A DNA stretch of 64,000 nt from Felis catus (GCF_018350175.1 NC_058368.1:229154001-229218000); one strand, 5' to 3'. Positions 25,178 to 39,666 are shown, counted from the stretch's first letter. Numbers and translations: made by a program. Notes: generated by a model from the sequence alone, not told the origin.

Positions 25178-26189
25178 TAAAGGGTCAAGAGAGAACAAAG
25201 GTGTTGGAAGCTGAGGGGAGAACAGCTACAAAAGCATGGAATGAATGGTCGAGAGGGATGCCCTGAATTATATTCGGGTAATTGTGTTTGGAATCAGCGA
25301 TCCAGAAGGCAAAGCACCGGGGGCTACAGTTACTCAAGGGACTAACATGTGTTGAACGCCTAGCCTGTGCAGATGCTGTCCATGTGCTCTGCAGATGACA
25401 ACTCATTAAACTGGCCCAGGTGTAACGTGTTCTTAGGATATGGAATCAACAGAAACTTCCGAGGATAGAAATGATGTAATAAAATATGTTTTAAAAGGAA
25501 AATGCTGAAGACAACAGTGAGGAAAGAGTAAGTGTATGGGATGTGGGCTCTAGGTGTCTCGAAGGAAAAAAAAAAACTTGCAAATCACTGTCCGTATAGT
25601 TGAGTTATGAAATTTATAGCACAATCAGTAAAGGAAAGAATGCCTGTCAATGTGGTAGAGATAAAGAAAGAAGTAGATGGAAATTAAAAAGTTAAAGATA
25701 ACTACACGTGTATTTTCTTGGTAATTGAGTTACAACTCTGAAGAGTAAAACATTTATCAAATATTTATGAAGATCATATTTTAAATGTGAACTTTCAGAA
25801 TAATTGCAGATTGTATACATGGCTTTATTGCCGATATCAACAGAAATTAGTACTTTGACATTCCAGTCTTTAAGCATCTTTATTGGAAGGAAACGTTTAA
25901 AGAGAATTTAAAACAAAATTTCTACTTAAAGGATTTTTTTTGCATTTGTTTGAGAAGTATAATATCTTTTTAATGATATTTTAATGTGAATAACAACTAT
26001 GCTAAGTTGTATTTCTATAAATTTAAATTGGTAGGTCCTGTTTACCTAAGGCTGTAATGATATGATTAGCAAATAAATAACAGAAGCTATTATTTTTGTT
26101 TGAAGATGTAAGTTGACTTTTAAAGATATTAAATAATTGGAAATATTTAAAATATTAAATATTAAAATGTGTAAGTATATATTTATCCA

Positions 26190-27910
26190 TGTGGCTCTCT
26201 TTCCTGTACTCTCGATTCTTTGTGAAAATGTATATTCATCTGGTGTCATTTTCCTTCTAGCTTATGCGCCTCCTTCAAGGACAAGTTCCTTGTACTGTAA
26301 GTCCACTGGTGGTGAATCCTTCTGGTTTTGTAAGTCTGAAAAAGTCTTTTATTTGTCCTCATTTGAAAGTTTTTTTTCTTTGCTGGCTATATAAATCTAG
26401 GATGAAAGATATTTTTTTTTCCTTTTCAGCATGTTAAAGATATTGCCAGATTTTCTTTTTCACTTGCGTTGTTTTTGATGAGTAATCTGCTGACATCTTT
26501 AGTTTTGTTTCACAGTACATTATATGCCTTTTATAGTTGACTTCTTTTAAGGTTTCATTTTTAGTACTAGTTTTGAAAATCTTATTATTATGACGCTTGG
26601 TGTAATTTTCTTCTTCTTCCTCCTCTTTCTCTTCCCCCTCCTCCTCCTCTTCCTCCCCCTTGTGCTTAAATTTCATTGAACTGCTTGCATCTAAGAGTTT
26701 ATAATTTTCACCAAATTTGGTAAATTTCTAGCTGTTGTTTCTCCAGTTATTTTTCCTCCCCTTCCCCATGGGTATGCCAATTATTCTTCATTACATTTAA
26801 TGAAGTTTTCCCACAATCATTGATTTTGTGCTTGTTATTTTTTTTTTATTTCTTGTTTCATGGCTTTTCACTGTGTCTTCATACTCACTAATCTTTTCTT
26901 CTGCAATGTTAAATCTTCCATTAGTCTGATCCAGTTTAACTTTCATCTCCAACATTGTGACTTTAATTTCTAGAAGTTTGACTCTGGTTTATTTATAATG
27001 AACAGATCTATATTTAACAGCTGAGCATATGGAATGGAGTTATAATAACTTTATTTTCCTTGTTTCCTGATTCTAACATCTGTGTTATTTCTGGAACTGT
27101 TTCAACAGATTGATTTTTTTTCCCATCACCATGGGTCATATTTCTCTTTCTTTGCATGTTTTTTTTCAATTTTGATTGGTTGTCACATATTATCAATTTT
27201 ATTTTTTGAGTGCTGAATGAATTTCTATAAAGAGAAAGAATATATCTCTATATATTACATATGCATATATATGATTTAGCTCTTCTCTGGGATTAATTTA
27301 AGTGACATGATCACTTTTCCCATTGCCTTTAAATTTTGTTGGATGATACATGAACAATGTTTAGTTTAGGACTTAATTTGCTACTGAGTGAGCACCTTCT
27401 AAATACTAAGTGGTCCATGATTTAACAAGTTTTCCAGTCTGGATGGTAAAAACAAGAAATTTTCCAGACCCTGTATAGTCCTAGAGGATGTTTTTCCCTT
27501 CACTTCCTTCAGGCAGTTTCCTTCCATGAATCTATCTGTTGAATGCTTTTGGCGGAGGAGACTCCATATATCTGAAAGGTTCTCTGGTACTCTGTCCTAT
27601 ATCTGGCTGCCTTGATTCTCCTAGAATCTCAGTTCTGTGTCCTCAACTCAGGAATCTGCAGGACACGGTCTACCTTATTTCTCCAATGCTGCAGTCTGGG
27701 AAGTCTCAAGGCAGTAAACTCAGGCACTTTCAGATAACATCACCTGTTCTGCATCTCTTAAGGGTCACTGCCCTTCACTGTATGATGTTGAGGACACAGA
27801 AAACTGTTCACAGTTATTTTGTCCAAGTTCTTGTATTTGTTTGTTTTTTATCCCAATTGGAAAGGGAATTCTGGTCCCTACTACTCCATCTTTGCCAGCA
27901 ATGGAAGTCC
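26190..27910 (-). mobile_element. Old L1 ORF1/5' region (antisense)
   Basis: The minus-strand ORF-track peptide 'YCETKLKMSADYSSKTTQVKK-WQ' resembles the L1 ORF1p C-terminal region (IRLTADFS.ET.QARR.W). T-rich antisense L1 context. Confidence 0.65.
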
Positions 27911-27949
27911 AAGCATATTGTTTTTATTCATTCATTAATTTACTTATGA

Positions 27950-28580
27950 GATAGCACAATGTATAAAAATGGTAATATTTTACTCTGGGCATTGAGTCAC
28001 ACATAGATGTAACATTATAAGAAAATATGCATAAAGCACTATCTATACATTAGCTCTAAAGAGACAATGATAAGTTAAAGGTGATTTTTTATATTCCCAG
28101 AAAAATAACTAAAATATAAACAAACAAGAAAATGAGCCAAGAGGCTTAGCTAAAAGCTAATCAGAAAATTTAATGGAATACTAAAAATATTAATCATCCC
28201 TAAAAAAGGCAAGACACTTGAAACAAAGGGTAAAAAATAAGTCAGAAGGAGAGAAAAATTGCAGAATCAGGTATTAAGGTCCCAAAATAGCAGTAACTAA
28301 ATTAAATATAGGTTAAAAATACCAGTTAGGAGGCAGAGATTATCATTTGATTTACAATAAAACAAGACCATAAGCTATCCATAGGAGATGAGTTTTAAAA
28401 ATAAAGATGCAATATGTTAAAAGTAAAATAATGGATAAGAATTGAGCATAAGAAGGCATTAGTGGCTACTTTAAAAACAGCCAAAATAAATATACAGAGA
28501 TAAAAGACATTAGCATAAAGATAAACATTTCAAAATGACAAAACAATAAACTCATAAGACATAGCAATAAATATATTTCA
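27950..28580 (+). mobile_element. Old L1 inter-ORF/ORF2 endonuclease start (sense)
   Basis: 'ccagttaggaggcagagattatca...aacaagaccataagctatccataggaga...gttaaaagtaaaataatggataag' follows the start of L1 ORF2. Confidence 0.55.
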
Positions 28581-28942
28581 TACTTCCCTGTTACATATAC
28601 TAAAACATTTAAAAATATGCCCCAAACATAAAATAATCCATTTCTTTCTTTCTCCTTTTGTCCTTTATTCGGGTCTTTCCAGAAAACTTAAACTTCCTTA
28701 AATAAAAGTATATATCTATAATGAAGCTAGTTAGGTAAGGCAGGAAGTAGGTAGGGTAAAGAGTTACACCAACTTTCAGACATCATCAGCACCCACAAGA
28801 GAGATGGCCAGTTTGATAAATTGTAACACATCCCCATTGTAAAATATTAAGTTAAATAACCGTATTTGTTAGCTATAAGTCATATTAAGTGTCATACTTT
28901 CAACTCCTGATTGCATGAGTCTGCTTTAAAATAATAAAAATA

Positions 28943-29133
28943 GGGGCACCTGGGTGGCTCAGTGGGTTAAGCCTCCAACTCTTAATCTCAGCTCAGGTCA
29001 AGATCTCATGGTTTGTGATTTAGAGCCTTGTATAGGTCTCATGCTGACAGTGTGGAGCCTGCTGGGGATTCTTTCTCCCTCACTCTCTGCCTCTACCCCC
29101 CTCTCAAAATAAATAAATAAACATTAACAAAAA
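28943..29133 (+). mobile_element. Can-SINE
   Basis: Head, body and tail present. Flanking 'taaaataataaaaata' is duplicated. Confidence 0.93.
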
Positions 29134-29320
29134 TAAAATAATAAAAATAAGTAGAAGACTTCCTATTTGAATTTCAAAAAAACACTGGGGGAGGGGAAAC
29201 ATTTTAGAATCTTTGTAATGTTTATAAATGAACATAAATACTTTTGAAAATCACTGGGCAATATCAACAGGAGTAGTTTCCAGACTTGAATGGAAGAGCT
29301 TACAATATTTGCAGAAAGAT

Positions 29321-30240
29321 GTTGAGTAAGAAATTGCTGCAGCTGAGGTCAAAGAGGTTGTCTTCTGCTTTCTCCTCTCGGGGTTTGATGGTTTCCTGTC
29401 TCACATCCAGATCTTTCATCCATTTTGAGTTTATTTTTGTGTATGGTGTAAGAAAGCGGTCTAGTTTCATTCTTTTGCATGTTGCTGTCCAGTTCTCCCA
29501 GAATCATTTGTTGAAGAGACTGTCTTTTCCATTGGATACTCTTTCCTGCTTTGTCAAAGATTAGTTGGCCATACATTTGTGGGTCTAATTCTGGGTTCTC
29601 TATTCTATTCCATTGGTTTATGTGTCTTTGTGCCAGTACCATACTGCATTGAATGTGTAGATTGCTTTAGGTAATATTGACATTTTAACAATATTTATTC
29701 TTCTAATCCATGAACATGGAATGTTTTTCCATTTCTTTGTCTTTTTCAATTTCCTTCTTAAGCTTTCTATAGTTTTCAGCATACAGAGTTTTTACATATT
29801 TGGTTAGGTTTATTCCAAGGTATTTTATAGTTCTTGGTGCAATTGTAAATAGGATTAGTTTCTTTATTTCTCTTTGTGTTGCTTCATTATTGGTGTATAA
29901 AAATGCAACCTATTTGGGGCACCTGGGTGGCTCAGTTGGTTAAGCGTCCAACTCTGACCTAGGTCATGATTTCGCTGTTCCCGAGGTCGAGCCCCACATC
30001 AGACTCTGTGCTGACAGCTCAGAGCCTGGCGCCTGCTTCAGATTCTGTGTCTCCTTCTTTCTCTACTCCTCTCCCACTAGTGCACACTCTCTCTCTCTCA
30101 AAAATAAATAAAACATTAAAAAATTGTTTAAAAAATGCAACCTATTTCTGTACAATGATTTTGTAGCCTGTGACTTTGCTGAATTCATGTATCAGTTCTG
30201 GCAGACTTATGTATCAGTTGGAACAGATTGTTGGTGGAGT
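29321..30240 (-). mobile_element. Carnivore/felid L1, inverted 5' segment (ORF2 fragment)
   Basis: The minus-strand peptide '[34 protein letters not shown]' is canonical L1 ORF2p. Confidence 0.93.
29916..30130 (+). mobile_element. Can-SINE inserted in the L1
   Basis: TSD 'aaaaatgcaacctattt' ends at 29915 and recurs at 30131-30147. Confidence 0.95.
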
Positions 30241-31136
30241 CACTTCATCAAGATAAAAAGCTTCTGCACTACAAAGGAAACAATCAACAAAACTAAAAGG
30301 CAACAGAGGAAATGGGAAAAGATATTTGTAAATGACATATAGGATAAAGGGCTAGTATCCAAAATATATAAAGAACTCACCAAATTCCACATTTGAAAAA
30401 TGAATAATCTAGTGAAGAAATGGGCGGAAGACATGAATAGACACTTTTCCAAAGAAGACATCCAGATGACTAACACACGAAACGAAGCTCAACGTCACTC
30501 ATCATCAAGGAAATACAAATCAAAGCCACACTGAGATACCACCTCAGACAGGTCAGAGTGGAGGTTCATTGAAAAATTAAAAATAGAACTACCCTATAAT
30601 GCAGCAATAGCACTACTAGGGATTGACCCAAGGGATATAGGAGTGTTGATGCATAGGGCCACATGTACCCCAATGTTTATAGTAGTGCTTTCAAATAATA
30701 GCCAAACTATGGAAAGAGCCTAAATGTCCATTAACTGACAAATGGATAGAGAAGATGCGGTTTATATATACAATGGAATACTATTGGCAATGAGAAAGAA
30801 TGAAATCCTGCCATTTGCAGCAACATGGATGGAACTGGAGGGTGTTATGCTAAATGAAATAAGTCAGTCAGAGAAAGATACCATATGTTTTCACTCATGT
30901 GTGGATCTTGAGAAACTTAACAGTAGACTGTGGGGGTAAGGAAGAGGGGAAAGTTACAAACAGAGAGGGAGGGAGGCAAACCATAAAAGACTCTTAAATA
31001 CAGAGAACAAACTGAGGGTTGATATGGGGTAAGGGAGAGGCGAAAGTGGGTGATGGGCATTGAGGAGGGCAACTGTTGGGATGAGCACTGGGTGTTGTAT
31101 GGAAGCCAATTTGACAATAAATTATATTTTTAAAAA
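30241..31136 (+). mobile_element. Carnivore/felid L1 3' segment (ORF2 end and 3'UTR)
   Basis: Peptides 'FIKIKSFCTTKETINKTKRQ' and 'KNEILPFAATWMELEGVMLNEISQSEKD'. 3'UTR 'gggcattgaggagggc...gagcactgggtgttgtatggaagccaatttgacaataaa'. Confidence 0.95.
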
Positions 31137-31829
31137 TTGCAGAAAGATACATCAAAAACATTTTCCAACTTCTACTACAAACTTTACTTAACTAGAAAAT
31201 AAAAAAAGTTGTGTGGAGTGCCTGACATGAAGCTCTGGAGAACTGAGTGTAATTTTTGTGAAATCTGGCTGGTTTTGCTCTTTGGACAAAAGCCGAAGTA
31301 AGTTTAGAATCTTACTTCGGGAGATGAAACCTTCACACAACTCAGTGGTCACAGGTGTGTACTCTTCTCTCTTTTTGCCAAAGTTTCCTGTATTTTTGCA
31401 TTTTAAACTGCACTGCTCCATTGTTCATTTCAGCAAATGAGGTAGTTTTTGAGGAGAGTAATTCCCCAATTTATTCCCCCATATTTTAGTGAAAACATTT
31501 ACCTAAAATGAACTACATTGGACTTGCATTTTTATTTATTAAATTAGGCAAAATAAACATAAGGCATAATTTTGTTGAGTTCATAAATATACTCAGTTGA
31601 ATTTTTATGGTGCTAGACATGATGAATATCTTGAAATGCGCTGTATATTTAAGAATATTTTGACTTTATGAATATTATACTTCAATAAAAACTTCCAAAA
31701 TATAAGTGTAGTCCATTGCTAAGTATTTGATTTAGCCTTTCTTTTAAATATGTCTGTCACTTTTTACTTCTAATGAATATATTCTGATATTTTGTTTTTG
31801 GGTCATCTTGATATCATATTCATTACTGC

Positions 31830-32240
31830 CTTTTTCCAGTTTTGTTTTGTTTTACAGAGGGTTGATATTCCCCCAACAAATTGTCTGGCTTCTGGGTTGG
31901 TCCAGATCACCTGATTTCTTCATAAATAAGAAATTTGGATAATGGGCAGTGACCTCTCCAGTACAGTAGCCCCTTACCCCCTTCCCTCAGGTGGTTGTTC
32001 CCTCCCTGGTCATACTTCCCACTGGGAAGCCCCACTGTAACTCCACATGGTCACATCTGAGATAATCAACGCCTCAGTTCTCTCCTCCAACCCTGATTTG
32101 CTCTTACTGATATCTGGGTTGTCTCACCCTCCCTCGTGTGCCCTGTTTTCTATCAATTTTGTAACCAGTTGCTATATTAAATTCCATCTACTAAGCTACC
32201 AGGCATGGATTATGTTTTCTTGAATGGACTCTGATTGGTA
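31830..32240 (+). mobile_element. ERVL LTR remnant (LTR41/LTR52-like)
   Basis: Ends 'tatattaaattccatcta...ggattatgttttcttgaatggactctgattgg', like the U5 end of old ERVL LTRs. Confidence 0.45.
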
Positions 32241-34017
32241 AAAACGAAAACAAAAAATTAATTAAAATAGAATTAAAAATTTAAACTTTGTATTTACTCT
32301 TTGGAGTGTACAGGATAAGGTAGTGTTTTATGTCTTTTTTCCTTCAGATGACAAGCAATTGGCTCTACCTCATGTATTTGGAAGTCCATCTAGACATTCT
32401 ATCTTCTGCCATCATAATAATATATTATGTTTCTTTACAAGTCTCTTTATGGTCTATGTCTCTGATCTCTGTTCTTTGACCTCTTTTTCTGTGCTTTTAT
32501 TAGTCCTATATCCTTCTAGTTAATATAGCATTATATTTAATTTTGATATCTCTTTACCACAAACTATTTTCTTTACAGTTATATTGACATTTATTAACTC
32601 TTTATTTTTCCTTGTAAGTTTTAGGAACAACATGTCAAAGTTTCTGTGAAGTTCTGTTTTGGCAAAACATTACAGGTTAATTTGGAGAAAATTGATATCC
32701 TTCTTTTATGTCATCTCCCTATACATGATTATTGTATATATCTACATTTATTCAAGTATTCTATGTAATTTAAGGTGTTTTGTTTTTACTCAAATAAGTT
32801 CACCACACATATATTTACATGGATTCATGTATCCCCTTTATATTCTCTGGTATTTTGAAGAGATTGTATACTCAGTCCTATTTCAAATCTGTACTTAAGA
32901 ACTATAGGTTTTTTTATATGTTGATCTGGAATGTAATCACCACAATCAACTATAAATTGCTAGTTGACCTATACAGTCTTTTAATTTTTTTTCAGTACAT
33001 AATCATATTATCTCTGAATAAATATGATGCTACTACTTTTCTCCAATCTCTATGATTTTACTTTATTTCTCTAGGTTATGGCATTGAAATTAAACCAAAT
33101 GTACTGTGCTGAACTGAAGTAATTACGGAAGACATACTTGTTTTGTTCCTGAGCCTATAGGGAAATTACTCCATGGGAAAAGAGTGACTAAAAGTTTGAT
33201 AAAAATATTTTACCAGTTTACACGGGTTCAGCTCCCTTCTTGGTTTCTAGAAGAGCATTTTTGTTGTTGTTGTTATTCATGAGTGAATTCTGAATTTAAT
33301 TATTTTTATTTGCCAATTTACTCTTGATAAATATCATGCTATAATTTTTTGATTATTTTATTGGTTTTAAGGTCATGATTTTGTGATATTTCATATATTT
33401 ATTTTAAAGTTTTCAAACTCAGTAACCATGAAAACAATAAAAGGAATTTAGGAACCTGTAAGTATCCATAGTTATATTACAATTTATTGTCACCTAGAAA
33501 TAAATTTCATCTTCAGAACCCAAACACAATATTCATGTATCGCTTTAAAAATAATACGTACAATTACCTCACTTCAATCAATATGTATAGGCATGTGTTT
33601 ACACAAATAACATTCGTTCCTTAGATCACAATTTTGTTTATCCAGGCTTTCCAGGTGTGTGTGTGTGTGTGCGTGTGATTTTTGATGTATGGATAATATT
33701 TTAATGAGGGTGATAAGATTTTTAGTTTTTCTTGTATTGAAATATATATGTATTCAACTGTCAACATTAAGTGATTGCTTCGCTGAGCAGGAAAATCTGG
33801 AATGGCAGAGCTTTCCCTCAAGCACTGTGAAGATGACCCTGACATTAATTCTACCTCAGTTTAATTGTCAATCTTTTTGTTTGTTTGTTTGTTTGTTTGT
33901 TTTGACAGTCTGGTACTTTCCTCTGATATCCTTAACAAACCTCTTAATTCTTAAAGTTCTGCAGTTTTACTTCTGCATCTACATATGGATTTTTTAAAGT
34001 TTTTCTTTGTATTCACA

Positions 34018-34021
<4 letters not shown>

Positions 34022-34076
<55 letters not shown>

Positions 34077-34092
34077 TATATATATGTATATA
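34022..34092. repeat. (TA)n(CA)n microsatellite
   Basis: Directly visible. Confidence 0.95.
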
Positions 34093-36083
34093 TTTTAGGA
34101 TTCATGATTTTTCTTTACATCTGAATAATTCTCTGTAATTATCCCTTCAAATTGTGCTGTTTCACTATTTTCCCATGTGTCTCATTCTAGGGATCCCATT
34201 AGATGTTTTTTGTGAGCCGTTAAATGTATCTTCCATTTGCCTTAATATTTTTACATATTTTAAACTTTCTGAGATCTGAGCCATGTTCTTTGAGAATTCT
34301 CAGAACAATTTTAACATTCTTTAATGTTTTTTTAGATCAGAATTTATTCCATTTATTAATATTTTAATTGTAATAAGTATGTTTTCATTTATGTGATTTA
34401 TCAGTTTTCATCTAATATACTTTCTTATTATTTCATGTAGTGACATGTCTTATTTTCTTTGGGTATACTTGAAACATGCACTAATTTTCTTGACTTTTTT
34501 TTGTGTATTGAGAATTTTTTTACAGACTAATTATACATGTGAATTTCTAGCTTTTGTAAGTGTTCAGGTCCCTAATCCTATAATTATATTAAAGACATAA
34601 AAATTCAATCTCTAGGTCAACCTGCAGCCAAAGTGCTAATTCCAATAAAGTCATTTAGAAAGTAAACATGGGAACACTTTAAAAGTATCATAGAAAGAGT
34701 GTGGGCAGACAAAGATAGTTTTCAATGACTAGGTCTGTGCCATTCTCAACATTAAAGACAAAAGATATGACCAAAGTCTAGCATAATATTTCAAAACCTA
34801 AGAATAAGTGTAAGTGTGAAAACTAAATGTAATTTGTTATTGCTGATCATTTATTTCAGTAAAGGGTTATAACTATGTAATGGTGCCAACCATTTTAACT
34901 GTGTGCTCTTAATGGAGAGTGTTTTTAAGTAACTTCCTGTTTTGATTCATGTATTTATTGTTTAAACATGTCGTGTTTGACTGCTTGAAAGGATGCTGTT
35001 ATGTGTGATGGATGATGCCACTTTATGAAGGCTGGAAAAGTTATTGAGACGCCACATTTTACATTCTATTTGATGGACTTAAGCAGATGATCTATGCAAA
35101 GCCCAGTATATGGCTACAGAGAAAAAATAGACTAATAGCAAGAAATATCTTGTGTCAGCAGAACATGGAAATCATTGGGTGGTAGTCAACTGCATGAAAA
35201 GGGTGAAGCAACTTCAAATCTATCTAAAGTTCTCAGTCAGTCATCTAGAAAATTGTTAACAATAAACTGACACTCCAAGGCAGATTATGCATACAAGGAT
35301 GATAGAAAAATACAGAAATAACACAAAAGCAATAAATAGCTTTAGAAGAGAATTCTGCTATTTAAACAAGATACAAATGGGTTATTTGGACATGTATCAA
35401 TATAAAGGAGATGCCTATCAGTGAATTTTAGCCAGCTATAAGCCCTCTTCAGTAAAGTTGTTCTTTATCTTCTTTGTTTCGTGTTTGTTTTAATTGTGCA
35501 GTATAATTAAATTTCAGTCAGACAAAACGAGTACAATTAATAAGGAATTACAATTAGTGAGGGAAAAATGACAACGTTAGTGCTGTCAATAAAGATAAAC
35601 TGAAGTGGAGTTTGAATGGGACTCATCATTGTAAAAAAAATAGGAGAAATTTGATGCCAGGAAATATGAAATTGACTCCAAAGCATGTGCAAAATAAAAT
35701 GCTTAAATATATTACATAGGTAAGATTTGTAACAATGTAGGAGTAGTTAAAAGTCATAAAGTAATAAGGGGGATTAGATGGAAAACACTGCTAAAGCTAA
35801 AAGTCTAAGAAAATATAATGCAATTGCAATTAATTATTTATTTTGTAACTAACTAAAGATGGCATCATTTAAAAGGATTTACTATATAATGCAAAACATT
35901 CTGGTCTGGACACAATTTCCTTAGAAATATTGATCTCCTTTGTTTATATATAGAAGTAATCTAGATAAGTGATCTTTATATCCTGGGAAAAAATAAATCA
36001 TTTAACCTCTCAGTCTAGGATCAAAAGAAAGCAGTATTGAGTCAAAACCTTCTTTAGAAATCTTTTTTTTTTTTTTCTAGGAA

Positions 36084-36440
36084 TGTGATCTCAGAAGCAG
36101 AGGTGAAGGAGGAGAGATTCAAGGAGGGACTGGGTATAATAAAGGAAGCATTATCAAGCCAGCCACTGCTCTGGGTGAATACTGGCTGGATCCAGCACTG
36201 GGAGACAGAATTGGGGAAGTATTTCCCCGTCAGCCCTGGCTCCTTATTGTCTAAGAGTTCACCCAAGAGGGCATTAACTGTATTGATTTCACATAGGTGG
36301 GTGCTGAATAGGCTTTCTCGGAAGCCCACACCGCAGTGACAACAAAGAAGTCCCGAGCATAGAAGCAAAAGCACAGCATCATCCAGTACCAAAGTGCCAC
36401 CAGTATCCACCTGGGTGAAGACGGATGTTGTGTGATTCTA
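36084..36440 (-). mobile_element. ERVL LTR (LTR33-like)
   Basis: 'gtgatctcagaagcagag...aataaaggaagcattatcaagccagccactgctctggg...caagagggcattaact' matches the antisense LTR33 pattern. Confidence 0.55.
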
Positions 36441-36519
36441 ATCAGTGCTCGGTGGCAGAGGGTGTCCTTTACCCCACTGCTGTCCTGTTTGCATCTCACC
36501 TCCACTCCAGAAAAGGATA

Positions 36520-37080
36520 AGCATTGTGAAGAGATGGAAAAGAATTATCTTGGTGGGAGTGCAAAGTGGTGCAGACCGTACAGAAAGCAGTATAAAGGTT
36601 CCTCAAAAACTGGAAAATACAACAATAATCTCATCCAGCAGTCCCACCTTTGGATATGTATCCAAAATAATTAAAATTATGACCTCAAAGAGATATCTAC
36701 GCCCCACGTTCGCTGTAGCATTATTCAAGTAGCTGTCATATGGAAACAACCCAAGTCCTCAACCACAGATGGATTTCAAAAATGTGGTACATACACACAA
36801 TGGAATATTATTCAGTCTTGAGAAATAGGGAAATCTTGTCTATGTTATAGCACAAAGGAATCTTCACGACATTAAGCTAGAGTGAAACAATCCAGTCACA
36901 GAAGGATAAGAACTTCATGATTCCACGCAGATATCTAGAACAGTCAAACTCATGGAAACAGAGAGTGGAATGGTGGTTGCTAGGCACTGGAGAGAGGGGA
37001 AAATCGGGAGTTTTCCAATGGGTATAAAGTTTCAGGAGCAAGATAAATAAGGTCTATAGATGTGTCTAAGCATAGTGCCT
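36520..37080 (+). mobile_element. L1MA-like ORF2 end and 3'UTR
   Basis: 'ttggtgggagtgcaaagtggtgcag...ggttcctcaaaaactggaaa...atccagcagtcccacctttggatatgtatccaaaa...caatggaatattattcag...ggaatggtggttgctagg'. Confidence 0.85.
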
Positions 37081-37682
37081 TATGCTTACTACACTTGCTT
37101 CCTGTGCTGAAAGGTCTATGTTTATTACATTCTAATCACACGATGTATCCTATTGACGGCTTCCTTACAGAAGAGTCTAGGAAAAGGAGACTCCCTTATG
37201 TGGGGCACCCAGGTATCTCTCATACCAAGATTTCCCTGCTAGTTCATAGAACTTTCCAGACCCCATAAGATGGGTCTTCCTCTTGGAAGAATGCCTCAGC
37301 CAGCAGTGCCTTGGGGCCCAATCCACGTTCTCTGAGATGTCCCTGACACTTAGTCTATCTCAGCCCCATCCTGTCCCTGCATGGCCAGCAGGTCCTGCAT
37401 TTATTCCCCACATGGAACCAAAGCCACATAACACAGCCTGTGGGCACCTACTGTGCCCTGATTGCCTTCCTAGGAAATGCCACACTCCACCCACCCTGTC
37501 CAGGCTCTCAGGCATCATCCATGGTGTTCAAAAGAGGAAAACATTAAAAAAAAAACAGAAAGAAAAGAAAAGAAAACTTTTTGGGAAAATTAAAGTTTTC
37601 GCTGTTAAGTCTAGAAGGTGCTTAACACTGGAAAGCATGAATCCTTTTATCCATAAATTTTCATCATCTAGACAACACTTTT

Positions 37683-37889
37683 TTTTAATGTATATTTATT
37701 TCTGAGATAGAGAGAGACAGAGCATGAGTGGGGGAAGGACAGAGAGAGAGGGAGACACAGAATCCGAAGCAGGCTCCAGGCCCTGATCTGTCAGCACAGA
37801 GCCCAACGCGGGACTTGAACTCACAAACCGTGAGATCATGACCTGAGCCAAAGTCGGTTGTTCAACCGACTGAGCCGCCCAGGCGCCCC
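37683..37889 (-). mobile_element. Can-SINE with TSD
   Basis: TSD 'tagacaacactttt' at 37669-37682 and 37890-37903. Confidence 0.97.
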
Positions 37890-38949
37890 TAGACAACACT
37901 TTTATACAGCATTTCTGGAATGTGTTTTTAGATATTATAAATTTTTCAAACTCTTTGTATTCCTAATTCTCCCTGTTGGAGTCCCTATGATTCTTAATAC
38001 ACTGACTCCAAAAAAATCATCAACGACTCTATTTTTTATGATGAAGATCTCCTAAAACTAAACAAAGCCACAGCACAAGATATCATAAACTTAAAAGAAA
38101 AGAATAGATGCCCTCTGACCAAGACGTACAGTCTACTTTGCCGTTCATTAAACAGTCTCTGACAGGTCTCCATGGTTTAACTGTGAGCATGTACTGGTTT
38201 TGCCTTGAGGGCTTTAAAAATAGTTTTTGCTCAATCATAGATAGTTGCTTTCCTCAAGAACTTTGGGGACCATTACGTCTTCTAACTCACAAAGAACGGC
38301 CTAAGAAAATATATTTTATTTCTATTGAACTCCTGTCATATCCTGTTGAGAAGGTTAACAAAAATATCAAACTGTGATTACTATATTTCAAGGGAATCAC
38401 TCCAGAAAAGATTCACTCCGGTTTACCATTAAAGTATTTTGTTCTATTTCCAAAGAAATTACTGTGTCTGTAGGTTTAAACAAGCCAATTGGATCATTTC
38501 CTATGTTAAAAAAAATCAGTATGTAAAATCCCAACCTATACATCAAGTGTAGTTGTTATTTTCATGAAGAATCAATGTAGAAAATTAATAAAAACTGAAA
38601 ATTCTATGTATGGATGACATTCTTTATATTATGTGACCTATTAAAGGTATTTTCATGTTTGCTGTAGAAAAATCATATAATTTCAGAAACATTCTTAGAA
38701 AAAGTTTGGTCCCAAAATGCACTGTTTTCCCCAAATCCAATTATTACCACTATGGAGGGTAATAAATGAATTTACATCACTTAGCCTGAAGTGATTTAAT
38801 ATGAATATGTAAAATCACTTCCATTATTTCAATATAATACTGCAAACCTATTATCATTAACCTTAAAAATAAAACCAATTCCTGATCTCAAAGTAGGAAT
38901 AGAAAGTTGCATTCAAGCTGTAGGAGATATTTAATGCCTCCATATTATT

Positions 38950-39163
38950 TAATTATTTTTATTTAATTAATTAATTTATTTTGAGAGACAGAGAGAGAGA
39001 AAGAGAATGTGTGGGGTAGGGGCAGAGAGAGTGGGAGAGAGAGAATCCCAAGCAGGCTGACAGCACAGAGCTCAAGGCGGGGCTCATTCCCAGGAACACT
39101 GAGATCATGACCTGAGCCAAAATCGAGTCTGATGCTTAAATGACTGAGCCACCCAGGCACCCC
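38950..39163 (-). mobile_element. Can-SINE
   Basis: Antisense body ending 'gagccacccaggcacccc'. Confidence 0.93.
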
Positions 39164-39665
39164 TGATTTCATTATTCCTACTCATTATTCATTATTTTTA
39201 AATTCAATAACTTGGTTTTCTTTATTGTTTTCTATAAATCAGTCCTTGTAGTGACTGAAAGCATGAACAAGAATTAATTATTTCAATTAAAATATTTATG
39301 GTTGATGACAATTGACACATAAATCATGGAATATCCAGGCATCTCTATAAGCATAGTTTTCTATCCTCTCTCTACATACTCTCCTGTTGCTATGACACAG
39401 ATCTGTGTCAAGAATAAGACCATTATTTCAACTAACCTAATGATCAAGACTGTAGCAGCATATTGACTGCACTGGTTTTGATAATAAAGGTGGTGAAAAT
39501 GATTTGGTTCCATTGCCTTGGGGTCTGGTTAGATAGCAATGGATCAACGGATCAAATGTGAGGGTCTAACAAAGCAGTTAATGCATTGATCCAAGAAAGA
39601 GACAGAGAGAGAATGGGAGAAGGAGAGAGGGAGGAGAGGGAGTGGGGAGAGGGAGCGAGTGACAA

Positions 39666-39666
<1 letters not shown>

